The notes: generated from the sequence alone by a model not told the origin. DNA of 64,000 nt from Octopus bimaculoides (GCF_001194135.2 NC_068985.1:436626-500625), one strand, 5' to 3'. Shown: positions 25,001 through 40,237, counted from the first letter of the stretch. Numbers and translations: made by a program.

Positions 25001-27899
25001 TCACTTTCATAGCATTTATACCATGTGAGCTTTGCTGATCAAAAGAGGTCTCGAATTTTCTTGCTCCCAGCATCCTATGAGATAGTTATGTTCTATGCAT
25101 CCACAAAAATTTAAGTCAGGTGAAGCTGAGTCAAACTGTTATTAAAAATATATGTAACTGCAACCAAATGTGTTGAGTGCTACTTTTTTTTTGTCTGTTC
25201 ACTCACTTGTATATACTCATATATAAAATTTAATGTCTACCTTTCATGCTGGCAGAGATTAGACAGTTTGACAAGAGCTGGCAAGTCAGAAGAGTGTTCC
25301 AGTTTGTATTGTCTGCTTTGGCACACATATAACTATAAATAAAAGCATGTAAAAATTGGACTGAAAATCCCTTTTTGGACAGAAAATGCCCAAGGCTTTT
25401 CAACTCAATTTGACATGCCATTATTTATAGCTTTGTGTATGCTTTGAGATCCATTTCAAGAAAAAAATATTTCATGTTCTTCTCAAAGTTATAAATTCTT
25501 ATGACATCAGCATTATATATCTTAATTATATACTTTCTTTACTGTAGTAGTAGTATTATTATAATAACACTTCTTCATTTATTGAAATGGCAGCCACACT
25601 TATTTGAAATGGGAGCTTATGAATAAGGTGGGTGCAAGCAATGGCCATTTGGTTAAATCACTTCATAGAGATCAATAATAAAATCATAATAATCAACTGG
25701 AATAAACTTTCATTATTGCCCTACAAGATGCAATTAAAAGAATTCTTGAACAATTTTCAATGATACAAAACGATATGTAATCTAGGTGTAGCATGAAGTT
25801 TTTAAAATATAATTTAAGGCTTTAAAAAATCTAAACTAATTTTTGAACAACTTGTTAAAAGATGTTACCATAATGTAATCTTATCCAGTTATGATTTATA
25901 AAACAAGGCTAGTAATAGTTTATAATATTTTTTCTAAATGTTTCCTTTAATAATATATAATTAGGGACGTCAAACGATGATGATGATGATGAATTAATGA
26001 TTTAATGTACCTTTACTCGCCTACACAGCAATATATATAAATTAGGGAATTATATTTGAAATGCAAACTTTGTTAGCGTCAGCAAGGTCATCAATGAACA
26101 ACACAATTAGTTGGAGAACTAAATTATTATCACATTAATCTTGACCAGATTCTATTTCAGAACAAAATAAAACAAAAAGAATAAAAAAGACACCCTAATA
26201 ATTGAAGCATTGAGACAAGAAAGCGTCAAAGTAGTAGAGATTTGAACTTCAATTCACAAAACGCTATTAATGATAGTTTGGCAGGAACACAATTTAAATG
26301 TTGGATTGTAATCTGTCATAAAAAGACTGAAATATTTCAGGTTTAGATATTTTATAAAATTTCAGAAAATTATTGGTTTCTTAGAAAAGCCCAATACCAT
26401 AGCAATATTGTCGAAATGGTGGAGAGTGAAGTCTATGTCTGTTTTCCATTTGTCAGTCATAAAAATATCAAAGCCAGCATTTGTGGGATTTGAACTCAAG
26501 CATACAGGAATGAAACTAGATATTATAAGTCATGTAATTTACTGTTTACTTTCCTGCTATTACTGGTAATTATTAAAATAGTTGAAAATCACTATTTCTA
26601 ATTTAACAAAGTGTAATGGATTACATTCTTTGTAAATGGTAAGCATTAATTTCTGAAGTGCAAACCCCAGGTCTGAATGAGCTATGTAAAATATTTAGAA
26701 AAATGTCAGTAATGAAGAAACTTTGGATTAACAAGTTAAAATCAGATCTTAAAAGAAAGAAAGAAAGAAAAGTAAATGAAATTAATAACACGTTCTCTGA
26801 ATCTTTAACTTCTATATCTTGCAAACAAGTCTATGTCAGCATTTTAGAATTTTAACATGAAGGAGAAGGATATGCATGATGAGACAGTAAATGTACATAT
26901 TGTGTTACCACAATAGAATACAACTCACTAATTAAAATTTAACAATTATTCATTTCTTTTACAAATTAAAATTTATATATATTGCTAATTGAGTTTGCTC
27001 ATTTTTTTTTTTTTTTTCAGTATTTCTGATACATTGTCTGTAGACAGATTATTAAATAGCAAGAGGAAAGTGTTCACTAAAATTCACTAAAAACACTTTG
27101 AATTCAATTGGAAGTTGAAAAAAAATAGTTTGAAGCAAAAAGTTGTAAGAATAGTAAAGTCTGCTGGAGATATTTTTCATGAAAAAATACTGTCAATGCA
27201 TAGAAATATGTATAAATAAAAGTAACTGATATTTTTCTCTAATTTAAAATCTATATATTGATTTATTTATACTTAAATGACAGCCTACTTCTTTTTAAAC
27301 TCATATTTCTAACTGTATAGTCTGTTTTCTTTTTCTGTTTTAATATTCATACATTTACGAGTCTTCATTTTCTTATTATACTTCACTTTCCAATGACTGT
27401 CTGATAGGAGTGTTATCATATCTTATAGTTTAGCACACTCTCATTACATAATATACCTCCACTAGATAGTCTTGCAACTGTAAATCAGTATAATTGTACA
27501 AATAATCAGACACTGCTGCAATATCTATTTTGAGGGAGACCAACAAGCTGACACCAATGTGGAGAATAAAATAACGTTTTACACTATTTATCATCATTTT
27601 GCATAGAGAATCCCAGTAGTTAATGTGGAAACAATAAAGGCTGAAGACTTCAGAGAAACTCAGCATTAGTCACAGCATAATCATTAGGTTAATTAGTCTA
27701 TAAATGATTGCTTCCAAACAACGCTTATTCTTTAACTTCTGAGATTATTTGCTGCTTTTAAGAAAAGTGTGAACTTGCAGGATCGATTGTAAAGAAAGGT
27801 AAACAACATTTCAAGAATTCTTTTGTAGAAAACTTCAGACTAAGATGAATAGTGATATGTGAAGGAGGAATTATTAAAAATTAAATTAATGTACAGGTA

Positions 27900-29150
27900 G
27901 GTATCCACCAAGCACCAGTCTTCAGACCCCCTCCTATTCATCATCATCCACCAGGCCATAACAGGAATCTAAGGCTGAAAGTTCATGGAGACTTCTATAT
28001 GATGATGATCTTGCCTTCATAGTAGAATCTGTTATAGAATTAGAAAAGAAATTCCAGGTGTGAAAACAGAACCTGGAATCAAAGAGTCTTAAAGTAAACT
28101 TAGCAGAGACCAAAAATTCAGACAGGATCCTTCTGATAAATGGCCATACTTGATATGTAGGAAGGATGCAGTTAGAAATTCCATTCAGTGTACCCAGTGC
28201 AAGCAATGGACACACAAGAAGTGCAGGGGAAGAGTAAAAAGTTTAACTGAGAAAGTAGTGTTTGTATGTGGAAGATGCACAGGAGACATAAAGATCACAG
28301 ATACATGGGAAACTGATTTCCTCAAATGTCCTGGTGGCTCTCTGGAAGTTGTAGATAATATCTGCTACCTAGCTGGCTTAATTAGCAGTGGAAGAGGTTG
28401 TAAAGAAAGTATAATTGCTAGAATAAGAATAGGATGGAGAAAAATCAGAGAGGTTTAACCTTTGTTGGCAAATAATGATCACTCTCTGAGTGAGAGGAAA
28501 ATTGTATGAGGCACGTGTATGAACTGTGATGCTGCATGGTAGAGAGATGTGAGCCATGAATGTGGAGGTCACGTGAAGGCTGGTGAGGAATGAAGCTAGT
28601 AATCTTTGTTGGATGTGTGATGTCAGTGTGTTTGTGTGACAGAGCATTGGTGTATTGAGAGAGAAGTTGGCAGAAGAGGAATTAAATGCAAGAGAGGAGA
28701 CTGTTTGGTCATGTGATGTGGATGGATGAGGATAGTTGCATAAAAAGTGCTGATCACTTAAGTGGAGAGAAGTTGTGGAAGAGGGAGATCCAGGAAGAGA
28801 TGAGACAAAATATCAAAGGCCAATTTCAAAACGCTGAGCCTTATGACAGAGATGAAAGAAAGCCAAGGTATATGGCACATTGCTGTACTCAAGAAGACTC
28901 ACCCATCAACAGAATCGAGATCCTAAAACCAAGGTACCACATAAAAAGCAAGGGTGTGGGTGCTGGTGCCATATTAAAAAGCACTCATTACATGCTGTAA
29001 AGTGGTTGGCTGTAGGAAGGGCATCTAACCATAGAAACCAAGCTAACACAGACTATTAAGCCTGGTGTGGCCCCTTATGTTGCTAATTCCTCTCAAGCCA
29101 TCCAACTCATGCCAACATGGAAAACAGATGCTAAATGATGATGATGATAA
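27900..29150 (+). mobile_element. RTE-clade LINE fragment with a PHD-like finger inside RT, plus 3' tail
   Basis: LLYDDDL (YADD motif), Y/C-x2-C...CTQCKQWTHKKC...CGRC, LEVVDNICYLAG, ARIRIGWRK. Ends in the (GAT)n tail near 29140. Confidence 0.85.
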
Positions 29151-29384
29151 GCAAATTTGACAAACAAATTTTCATGTATTCTCTCACAAAGACTCAATCA
29201 ATGCAGAGCTTTCTTAGTAAATGATAAATTTGTTTAATATAATGGAGTTTAATATGAATATTTCTGTGTAGGTAAACAAAACACTGCCAGCACCTTCCTC
29301 TCATTACCTGTCGCAGCTTCTGTCAGGAATTTGTACATCACAGCATCTCTAACTACCTTTTTGAAGGAATGAAACAGAAAGTGT

Positions 29385-29433
<49 letters not shown>

Positions 29434-31568
29434 GGATTTTTACTGATACACAAGAGTATCACTCGGTCTCCTTGCTATGTTAATGTCTTATATTTTCCAA
29501 TATAATGAGATGCCAGTTTTAGTGTTCAAGGAGGGAGCTGTTATGTGGTTGTTCAACCCACTGGAAATCGTGACCAGGTCTCCCTCAAATCACAACTCTC
29601 AATCGTAAATAAAGGATATATCAAACAATGTAGTTCCAGATGTACAATAGACAGGATGCTTAACACTAACTTTCGTCACAGGTTTGAACCAAGTTTGGTT
29701 CAAGAAGCCTTCTACTTAGTCACTTAATTGGTTGAAAGTAGCAGCTAATTTTTTCTGAAGTCACATCCCCACAGTTTTAGAAAGAAGGACATTAAATAAT
29801 GCAGTTATTGATCTACAAAAATATGATGTATTACATTGCCATGAAGGCAGTGCTTCTCCTCCTCATTACTAACGATCTCAAACAAAGTAGTTTTGATCAG
29901 CTAAAATCAAATGTAGCAAGGAAAAAGATAATGTGTCATTTTAATAAACTGTAAATAAATAACTTTTATTGCAGCTTTCTTTTCTTTCTTTCTTTTTTTT
30001 TTCTTTTTGTTTATCTGTAAAGAGTCATTTGTAAAGTTGTCACATGTACACTGGAATATAATAAATATTATTGATGTAAAGATGGAATAGCTTTTAAAGG
30101 AATTATATTTAGTGAATGACATTAGTGAACCAAGAACATTAAAATAGATTGCTTCCTTGGGAATTACAAAGTTCTTGTTTTGAAATGTATAATTTCAATA
30201 ATCAACTTATTTTTAACACTATATCTAAGTGCTGAATATGAGTTGAGATTTGATCTTAAAATAGTGCAACCTGTTGATATAAAATATATGCAACAAGAGC
30301 AAATGGTATAACAATAAAATTAAATTATTAAAAAAAAAATTGCAGATCATGAAATACTGGGAAACATTCCATTGAATATTAGGGATTATAAGCTAGATTA
30401 ATTCAGACTTCCATTATTTATACAGCCCTTTGATAATTGAAAAAGAAGGACTTTAATAAACTCCCTCAGATCATGACCTAATACGTTAAACATATAAAGA
30501 GGACTGTGAATAATGTAGTCCCAGATATAACACGCCTGAAAATTAGATAACCATGACTGGAAAGCCCCTAATCATAGGCTGACCCGGGGCTAAAGGATCA
30601 AACAATAAGACAAGTTCATTGTAATGTTTCATAATCTAACACATAACTTTCTACTTTATATCAACTCTCTTAGAAAGGTTGACCCCTTGAGAATACAAGA
30701 GGTGTGCAGGTATTACTTGGCTTTTAATTATATTCACTCTAATGAAGATAATTAAGATCCACCTAAATGCTAGACTATACAACAAACAAAAATAGTAGTC
30801 CAGACTCTGATGAGGTTGCATGTAATATAATACACACACACGTGTGTGTATGTATGTATGTGTGTGTGTATTGTATTTTGTTTAGAAGTAATGCATGATA
30901 ACAGAATTTTCGACTTTAGTTAAATGTAGCAACCTACTCCAAACGCTTGTTAGAGAATCTGTTTAAAAGGAGTTTGGACAGGTTCGTTTGTATAAAGAAT
31001 ATTTTGAAAATTTATTAACTGAGTAAGGTCTTTCATAATGGAATGTATTTCCTATAATATATTACAAAGATCTGAAACATACGCATTAAGTGCTTTCAAA
31101 ATGACATGATTTGGTTCATCATTACAGTTTAATCATCGTCATCATCGTCATCATTGTTTAATGCTTGTTTTCCATGCTGGCATAGGTTGGATATTATACT
31201 CTCTAAAATGCTCAGTGAGCATATCCATGTGTATAACCAAGGTTATTATGGTAACATGGGACATGTCAAGGTCACGCAACACATACCATTCTTTTACTAA
31301 TTGTTTTATGTATTTGTGAGCAGATCTGGACAATCATTTAACTCCAGTAAAAGAACTTGAAAGGTTGGGCTTCCAACCAGGACTTTCACAATAGACACCC
31401 TTAAAGCCAAGAACTTTTCAGTGCCTCTTACCTATGCATATATACATGTACATATATATAGATTCAAGGTTGAATATGGTACTTATGCGTAGGCACCCGA
31501 ATATCGTATTCCAAAAGGATAGGTGATCAAAAAATCAAAAAATAAGCAACACGGATTTCAAAGGTGAT

Positions 31569-31657
31569 TGCAGTACGCACGTTTCATGCTACTCCAATTT
31601 ATTTAAGTAATGCGAGCATTACATTAAATGCAATATGAAGAGCAATCTTCAGCTGCA
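31569..31657 (-). ncRNA. Type I hammerhead ribozyme with long stem II
   Basis: Reverse complement reads TGCAG-CTGAAGA-T-TGCT...GTAATGC-TC-GCATTAC...AGCA-T-GAAA-C-GTGC-GTA-CTGCA. 5-bp stem I, long imperfect stem II, self-complementary ACGUGCGU stem III (2 G-U pairs), GUA triplet. A U-U mismatch at the base of stem II is non-canonical. Confidence 0.7.
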
Positions 31658-31889
31658 CGAAAATGCAGAAAATTACAGTAGAATAGACATATTATAAATG
31701 TGGCAACATTTCAAATCCAAGTGGGAGAGAGAATACATAAAAATCCAAGTGGGAGGAAGAATACATAAATCCATCTTGACATAGCCGATATATATATATC
31801 AAAAGGCAGGTTAACTAGGAAGTTAGTTTTTGTATGTGGCAGATGTTCAGGTGCAATAAAGACTGTAAACAAACAGGAAACAACTTCTA

Positions 31890-32849
31890 TCTCATTCCAG
31901 GGTGAAAAACTAGAGGTAGTCAATAGCTTCCGCTATCTGGGTGACCAAGTTAGTAGTGGGGGTGGGTGCGCTGAAAGTGTAGCTGCTAGAATAAGAATAG
32001 CCTGGGCAAAGTTTAGAGAGCTCTTACCTCTGNNNNNNNNNNNNNNNNNNNNNNNNNNNNNNNNNNNNNNNNNNNNNNNNNNNNNNNNNNNNNNNNNNNN
32101 NNNNNNNNNNNNNNNNNNNNNNNNNNNNNNNNNNNNNNNNNNNNNNNNNNNNNNNNNNNNNNNNNNNNNNNNNNNNNNNNNNNNNNNNNNNNNNNNNNNN
32201 NNNNNNNNNNNNNNNNNNNNNNNNNNNNNNNNNNNNNNNNNNNNNNNNNNNNNNNNNNNNNNNNNNNNNNNNNNNNNNNNNNNNNNNNNNNNNNNNNNNN
32301 NNNNNNNNNNNNNNNNNNNNNNNNNNNNNNNNNNNNNNNNNNNNNNNNNNNNNNNNNNNNNNNNNNNNNNNNNNNNNNNNNNNNNNNNNNNNNNNNNNNN
32401 NNNNNNNNNNNNNNNNNNNNNNNNNNNNNNNNNNNNNNNNNNNNNNNNNNNNNNNNNNNNNNNNNNNNNNNNNNNNNNNNNNNNNNNNNNNNNNNNNNNN
32501 NNNNNNNNNNNNNNNNNNNNNNNNNNNNNNNNNNNNNNNNNNNNNNNNNNNNNNNNNNNNNNNCGTTGCCGGTGCCCCTGGACTGGCTCTTGTGCGGGTG
32601 GCACATAAGATGCACCATTTTGAGCATGGCCGTTGCCAGTACCGCCTGACTGGCCTTCGTGCGGGTGACACGTAAAAGCACCCACTACACTCTCTTAGTG
32701 GTTGGCATTAGGAATGGCATCCAGCTGTAGAAACTCTGCCAAATTAGATTGGAGCCTGGTGTTGCCATCCGGTTTCACCAGTCCTCTGTCAAATCGTCCA
32801 ACCCATGCTAGCATGGAAAGCGAACGTTAAACGATGATGATGATGATAC

Positions 32850-32850
<1 letters not shown>
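31890..32850 (+). mobile_element. Young RTE LINE copy spanning an N-gap
   Basis: GEKLEVVNSFRYLGDQVSSGGGCAESVAARIRIAWAKFRELLPL is open before the gap. An intact-looking 3' UTR ending ...CGTTAAACGATGATGAT follows the gap. Confidence 0.85.
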
Positions 32851-32882
<32 letters not shown>

Positions 32883-33519
32883 TGCATACTCTCACACACA
32901 CACGTATACACACATACATAAATATAAGTATACATATGTGTGTGTGTGTGTGTATCATCATCATCATTGTCATGAACATCATCATTTAACGTTCGTTTCC
33001 CATGCTAGGGTTGTAATATTTATTTTCTTTTAAGTTGTAGGTAGGGTTCATTGGTAAATTAAATAATAATATTTATAAGCATCCATGTAATAAAGAATAA
33101 ATAATTATTCCAGAACACCTACAACCTGAAGCATAGGAATTGAGGCTATCATAACTAGCAATGCCCTTCAAAGCCGAGAAGAGAAATTATTTGAACAAAG
33201 AAAGGAATAAGAATTCTGTTCAACATGTGGAAAATTATTCTTTAAGAATGAAAATCCGGCTAAACAATACATCCTATATCAACAGATTGGAACTGATTAT
33301 TTATTTTTCTATTTTGATGTGAAATTGTTTGGTTTCAGATATTAGGTAAATAATTTTCCGAAAGTGTATTCTTGTTTGGAGATAGCTTCAGCAGTGAGCA
33401 GTGATCCTCTTCCTCTGCAAGTGATGTGCAGCTTTTTGGTATAACCAGTTCTTATAAGTTATGCATAAATAATTCAAAATTACGGATTACCCCTTCCAGC
33501 TTCCCTGTTCAGTGCTCAC

Positions 33520-33625
33520 CAACCCCTCAGCCCAACTGACAATAAAGCCCTTTTCTCTGGCTTATGGTGCTGCTGTTGGTAGCAATGATGTGAGTGTTGC
33601 TGTTTGGATAATTGATTGCTTTGCA
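33520..33625 (-). CDS. Candidate Gln/His-rich coding exon (QSNQLSKQQHSHHCYQQQHHKPEKRALLSVGLRG)
   Basis: Acceptor attcatgttttag, donor TG|GTGAGC, 106 nt open in phase 1. Confidence 0.3.
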
Positions 33626-33705
33626 CTAAAACATGAATATTCACCAAGCATCACATTACCACATTTATCAAAAGTTAATATTAATACCAAGAGAATGCAT
33701 GTGTA

Positions 33706-33762
<57 letters not shown>

Positions 33763-36700
33763 CTCATACACATATATGGATCTCATCTGTAAGTACTACA
33801 ACAGATACACATTTCTTTATGTAATTATACTCTGGCATTAACGTATACACTCAAGTGTGATAAATGCAAGTATTCTGACACACACACACACAAATATACA
33901 TGCACATATATTTGCATACAGTTACTCACTCCCTATTCACAAACACTAAAAAAAAATACATCTCAACTCAGTGGGGACCCTCTCATAATATCTGGAAATT
34001 AAAATTACCAGTACTTAAATGAACATTTTCCTGAAATCAACATTATTAAGTGCTAGACACATTTATCGGCAATATAATTATTTCTAAGAACTTTTTCATT
34101 TAATAAACATAATACAGGCAATAATTTAAATTTGCAAACAGGGATTAAATAAAAATGTTGGTAGCAGTAATGAAAATACAACATTTCAACAACATATCTT
34201 GAATATTTTCCTTTTTGTTTTGAAAACATTCTCTGAGTCAAGAAAAAGGTTAAGAAATACATGTTTAAAATATTTTGGATTAATAAAAAACGATATTGAT
34301 AAATAGCAAACTTACAATTTACAACAAAATATATGCAAACACCTCACTATATGACACATACAGACACATGTTAGACAGTGACATACAAACATGCACACTC
34401 ACACATACACGTGTGCAAATGTCGTCAAATATATACATGATTAAATAGTCAGGCTTTTTGGGAAATATGCAGTAAAACATTGTGTTTTATCACATTTCAA
34501 GTTATGAACTAAATGGAAGTATTTCTAAATGAGACACCAAGGAACATTGAACATTCATTTGCAAAAGTACAATATGTCAAGAGTAATTGAGAGATAAATC
34601 TTTCCATTTAACAAAAGTTAATGATAAATAATGTGTTTGTGTGTGACTCATACATATAATAAATCCCATCTGTAAATACTCCAATAGATATTGAGTATGT
34701 AAGATATTTTTCTGCCACTTGGTTTCCTAGTAATTGTAATAATTTACAATAAACATTGACTGAATGGTGATATCAATTTAATATTGACTTTCAAGTAACA
34801 ACAAAAATAATAACAACAGATTTCAGAAAGTTGAACGTCTTGTCAATCAACCAACCATGCTGTATCATTGATATATCATTATTTGATATATTTGGTTCTT
34901 CCTTAAAGAGGAGATTCAATCATAGGCTTTAGGGGGATAAGTTACATATTAGACAGGTCTGCTGCACTACAATGGCTGCTTAAATAATAATAGTAATAAA
35001 GTTGGTACCTCATATTAGTCCACAAAGTCACACATATTTAGAAGAGGGTACAACCAGTTCAACTAACAACTGTATGTGGTATATTACTGGTACTTTATCA
35101 ATTCCCCAGCAGGGTTTACAATGTAGAGGACGGAAGTATAAACCGTAGAAAATTTACTCTGGTACATATCATTTGTGAATGGTTTCTAACATAGGTACAA
35201 GGTTATGCAGTTAGAGGAGGAATGCTTGATAAAACTGATGCTAGTCCTTGACTGGTGCTCATTGTAGTAAGCTTATAAAGGGACATAACTAAATACCCCA
35301 AGATATTTTGTCTGGTACTCTAGTATTTCAAGTATTCCAGATTAACAATACTTGACTGTTTAAAGTTGCAGAGAAGAGTAAATAAGAGATTGTAGTATTA
35401 AATAAATTATTAGTGAAGACACCTGATGCTGTTAGTTTATAACTTCGTTAACATTAAAGAATGTCTGCGATAAGATCCAAACTAACAATCCATGAGTTAC
35501 ATGCCTGACGATATTTACTGATAATATTAATAATTTTCAATATTTGGTCATTAAATATTTCATTCCAATATGGAATTCTGTAACTCAAACCTAACTGTAG
35601 GAACTTATATACATATATCATCATAAGTTCATTACTTGTCATAAGGTAAAAAGAAAAAACTAAGATTATGGCTCAATTTTCATGATATATTGTGTAATTG
35701 AGAGAAAAATCCTTTTCTGAAGATCTCTTTCTGACAACTTCTAGATTATCAGTCTCCTGTAGATGTTACGCTCACATCACTTACTTTATTGCTATTATTT
35801 GGGCCCAGGTAAGCTTTGGTTGAGGAAACCAGTCAGTAAAGGCATCCAGGCAAAGCATTCCCGTCATGAACAGCTTGTCTTTTCTTTTTCAGAAATAATA
35901 TATCTAGCCTAATGTATCTAAACAATGTGTCCTTCATTTTAAAGACAATATAACTTCATAGCGATTTGGTTTCCCTTTCTAGCAAGTTGTTTCAATTGCA
36001 TAGACATTCTTTATTGGTTTGTAAATATTGATGGAAGCTTAAAGCTGCTGACTTCCTAGACCAACCAAACAGGAAGAGAGTGTCCAGTGTGGCAGACAGC
36101 ACTGTTGTACCATTGTCTCCAGTGTAATATCACTTTATGATTATAAAGTAGATTTGATATCCATTACTTAAGTAAATATCCAGCAGAAAGAGGTCAACTA
36201 AACCATTTAGAATTTAGACTTCTCTCTAAAGATACAAACCTACATGAAAGAATCAATAACTGGTGCCAATAAATATTCTACCAACTAAACAATATTAAAT
36301 ACTAATCCTCATCTTGCAATAAAAGAAAACAACGGAGTAACACCCAAGAGTGAACTAAGCAGCCATTTCCTATCAACAATGACCCAGATATTTATCAGTG
36401 AATCAAAAATGCCCAATGTCCTACCACCAAACCAAAATACTCAGTAACATTCTGTAATAGCATCCACACACAATAAACCAAGTGCCACATGGAGTAAGTG
36501 TCAAAACATAGCTGCAGATTCAAAAAGGACTTCAAAAACAATCTTCTTTTTATAGATTTGATGATTTGCATCAGCAAAGTTCTTGCTTCCAGCATAAAAA
36601 TTTCCATTTTCTTATTGATGAGCTGGGTTTCATGTACAACATATCTACAGTGAAAAAATGAAGAAAGTTGATGGAGGGTGTGAGTTCTGGGCACATCATA

Positions 36701-37843
36701 CTGCATCAAGCTTCCTCGTTCTTTCCCTGTACAAGCACCATTTTGAAAAAATTACCCATGTATAGACCGCAGTTGAGACAGATTGAGTGTATATTAACAG
36801 ACCGGATTTCTTCAACATCTTCACCTTGGGATCCCAGCAGTTATGGCGTTGTTCTCCATGCAGCATACAAAAATGAAATCTTTTCTCTACTGACACTTGA
36901 ATAGAAAAATTTATGTGGATTGGACTTGATATGACTTCAGCATTTACAGAATTATTATTCCAAATGAGTGACAGAACATGAACGTGATAATTTCTTCACT
37001 CAACTCTACCGAATTTGAAACTATTATGACGTATTCTGTTATAGATCTCCTTTCCTCATTTTCTCTTCATTCACAACTAACTCTTCTTTGTGTCCCTTTC
37101 CTTAGTGTTTCCTTTTCTTTCACGTGTTCAATTTGCATTTAAGTGTATATTCATCAAGAGAAATCAGCTGAAGAAGTTATGTGACACAAAACCAACAAAG
37201 TGCATGGCCAAGCAACAGAATTTGACTTTGCATGGCTGCACATTTTTCAAAATAACAAAATAAACAGTCACACGAAAGTAAGCAAACAGAACACATGCTA
37301 TATCAAGATTAAACATAATAATAAAAACAAGATCATGTGATACTGTATAAAGTAAATCATTAGAAAATATAGTGTTGTGAAAATAAGTCAAATGATTTTA
37401 TGTCTTAATATTTGTAAATTTTTTGATGTTTTTCAATTGTGTAATAATTTAGGATTTTAGTGTGACAAAGAAAAAAAAGGTGCTTTTAAATTTATCTCTA
37501 TGACAGAAATATTTCTTCTAACTTGATCTTTAAGCTAAAAATATAACAGAGATGGTTGAAATCAATTTTGAAGTAAGTCTTTAACCAATGTTTCAAACTA
37601 TCATCTGTAATATTAATGTAAAATATACAAGCATATCTACAAAAAAACAAAAAAAAACAAACAAACACACCTCACTTCAAATATGATATGATAAACAATA
37701 GCATGGAGGAAGAGAATTATCTTTTTCTTGCTAATAGTTACAGAACAGGAATACTTTTCAAGGAAATAAATATACTTCATTCAAGTCACCTTATATATAT
37801 ATATTTTTTAAACACTTTCTCTATTTGCGAATGAACACACTTT

Positions 37844-37923
<80 letters not shown>

Positions 37924-38242
37924 NNNNNNNNNNNNNNNNNNNNNNNNNNNNNNNNNNNNNNNNNNNNNNNNNNNNNNNNNNNNNNNNNNNNNNNNNNNNN
38001 NNNNNNNNNNNNNNNNNNNNNNNNNNNNNNNNNNNNNNNNNNNNNNNNNNNNNNNNNNNNNNNNNNNNNNNNNNNNNNNNNNNNNNNNNNNNNNNNNNNN
38101 NNNNNNNNNNNNNNNNNNNNNNNNNNNNNNNNNNNNNNNNNNNNNNNNNNNNNNNNNNNNNNNNNNNNNNNNNNNNNNNNNNNNNNNNNNNNNNNNNNNN
38201 NNNNNNNNNNNNNNNNNNNNNNNNNNNNNNNNNNNNNNNNNN

Positions 38243-38283
<41 letters not shown>

Positions 38284-38299
38284 CACACATACACACACG

Positions 38300-38331
<32 letters not shown>

Positions 38332-40237
38332 CACACACACACACAAACCCTCTTATTTAGTTGTACCAGCCAAGATTATAATGTCCATTTCTCAAGTATA
38401 TTCCTATTAGTCTTTTACCTGTTACTATGAAAGCAATCAATACAATTCCACTGAAAATTAAGGCATTTAGATAATTTTTGATTTTGAAGTTATGTGAAGT
38501 TTACAAACTTCCTAAGAGAGCAAGTGTCTCTCAATTCCACCCCAACCTCAACCACCATTTTGCCCAAACGAATCACTTTCTAATCTCTGAAATACCACTG
38601 CAGTTTAAATAATTCAATTCACTCGCAAGCCATTTGCCATTCTGTGAAAACTTGGTAGACAGAACTTTATGAAAGCCAGTTGTATATGTGTACTTGTTTC
38701 AGTCATTTGACTGTGACCAAGCTGGAGTACCATCTTAGAGGACTTTAGTCGAAAAAATCGATGCCAGCACTTATTTTTTCAAAGCTTAGTGCTTATTCTA
38801 TTAGTTTCTTTTGCTGAACTGCTAAGTTACGAGGACGTAAATATAGTGCAACACTGGTTGTCAAGCAGTTGTGGGGGACAAATGCAGAGACAAAAACAAC
38901 CTACCCCCATATATACAATGGGTTCTTTTCTGTCTATTAAATCCACCCACAACCTCTTTGTGTAAAAATAAAATATATATGTTACTCCACATAGCCATAC
39001 TGAGTGAGCCTTCAGCTTAATGTCTGACTGACTTTATATATAATAATGCATAATGCAAACTTTAATATGAAGATGAATGCATGTGTATGCATCCCTATGT
39101 GTGTGCATGTGTATACGTACATACATGTACATACACAGATATATGTGTGGAAAGAAATCAAGTGTCTGATGTCATGGCCAGAGAAAAAAAAACTAAATAT
39201 TTCAAATTTTGTTTGTTCATCACATTTCTAAATCTGTTGCAAATTGTGTATGTAGGTGGATGTTCTTATTGACAGAGGAAGACAGCTAGAGATGGATGTA
39301 GATCTCTACGTGTGATGTGTGCATACATCCATGATCATTAGGATGTTTATTTTCTCTTGAAAATAACACAGAAATTGATTTGAATATAAATAAGAAAAAC
39401 TTTACGATGAAAGTTTAAAAAAGAGAGAAAGTGAAATAAAATAAAGAAAATGTTTTAATAAAATCATTTCGTAAGTGAAAAATAAAATATTAGAATTGTT
39501 TAATTACAAATCTAATTCAAAATTAAATTTTGTGAAGTATCATACATGAAAAAAAGATAAAAGTCGTAATTTTAATAAAATGATATTACTTATATATATT
39601 TCCAAAGTAATACAAGAGAATATAACTTCTTTTAATTTTGGTTTTAGAAAACTTCTTTGAAACAAAGAGGCATGTCTAGCAAGGTTGATAGACATTCTCA
39701 TAACTTTGTGAATAAAAATCAAAAAAATTTCATTTTGAATTATTTAACTTTAAAAATTACAAAGTTTAAAGTTTTCTGACTGTAATCATCATGTTAATTA
39801 TGTTAATTATGTTTATTATGTTTATTTTTCATTACTCCTGTGTTATGGACTTCATTTTAGTTATCACAATGACTCAAGACTTCTTCAAGACTATAATGGC
39901 CAAGTGAAGTGCTAACATTAAGAAAAAGTCTTTAGTCATTTTAGTTTTTCTTTTAAAGCCTTTTTCCAGTTTAATAACACAGAGTTTAACAGTTGGCATT
40001 AAAATTTCGTCGTCTGGAGTTGTAAATGTAGGTCCATGAAATAAATCAGATAAAGATGAAAAAGAAATGGGAAGTATAATGTGTTTTGGAATTAAGTGTT
40101 TTAAATATAAAAAAATAAGTAATTAACAAAAATATAATTCAGATTCATTTCAATGAATTGACACAATATAAATAAATTTTAATGAATATCTTACAAAACA
40201 CTTGAAGAATATCAAACTGGGTGAATGAGAATTCCTT

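Noticed and set aside
36400-36900. Possible DNA transposon remnant
   Set aside because: No catalytic motif or TIR pair could be identified, so it is left unclassified.
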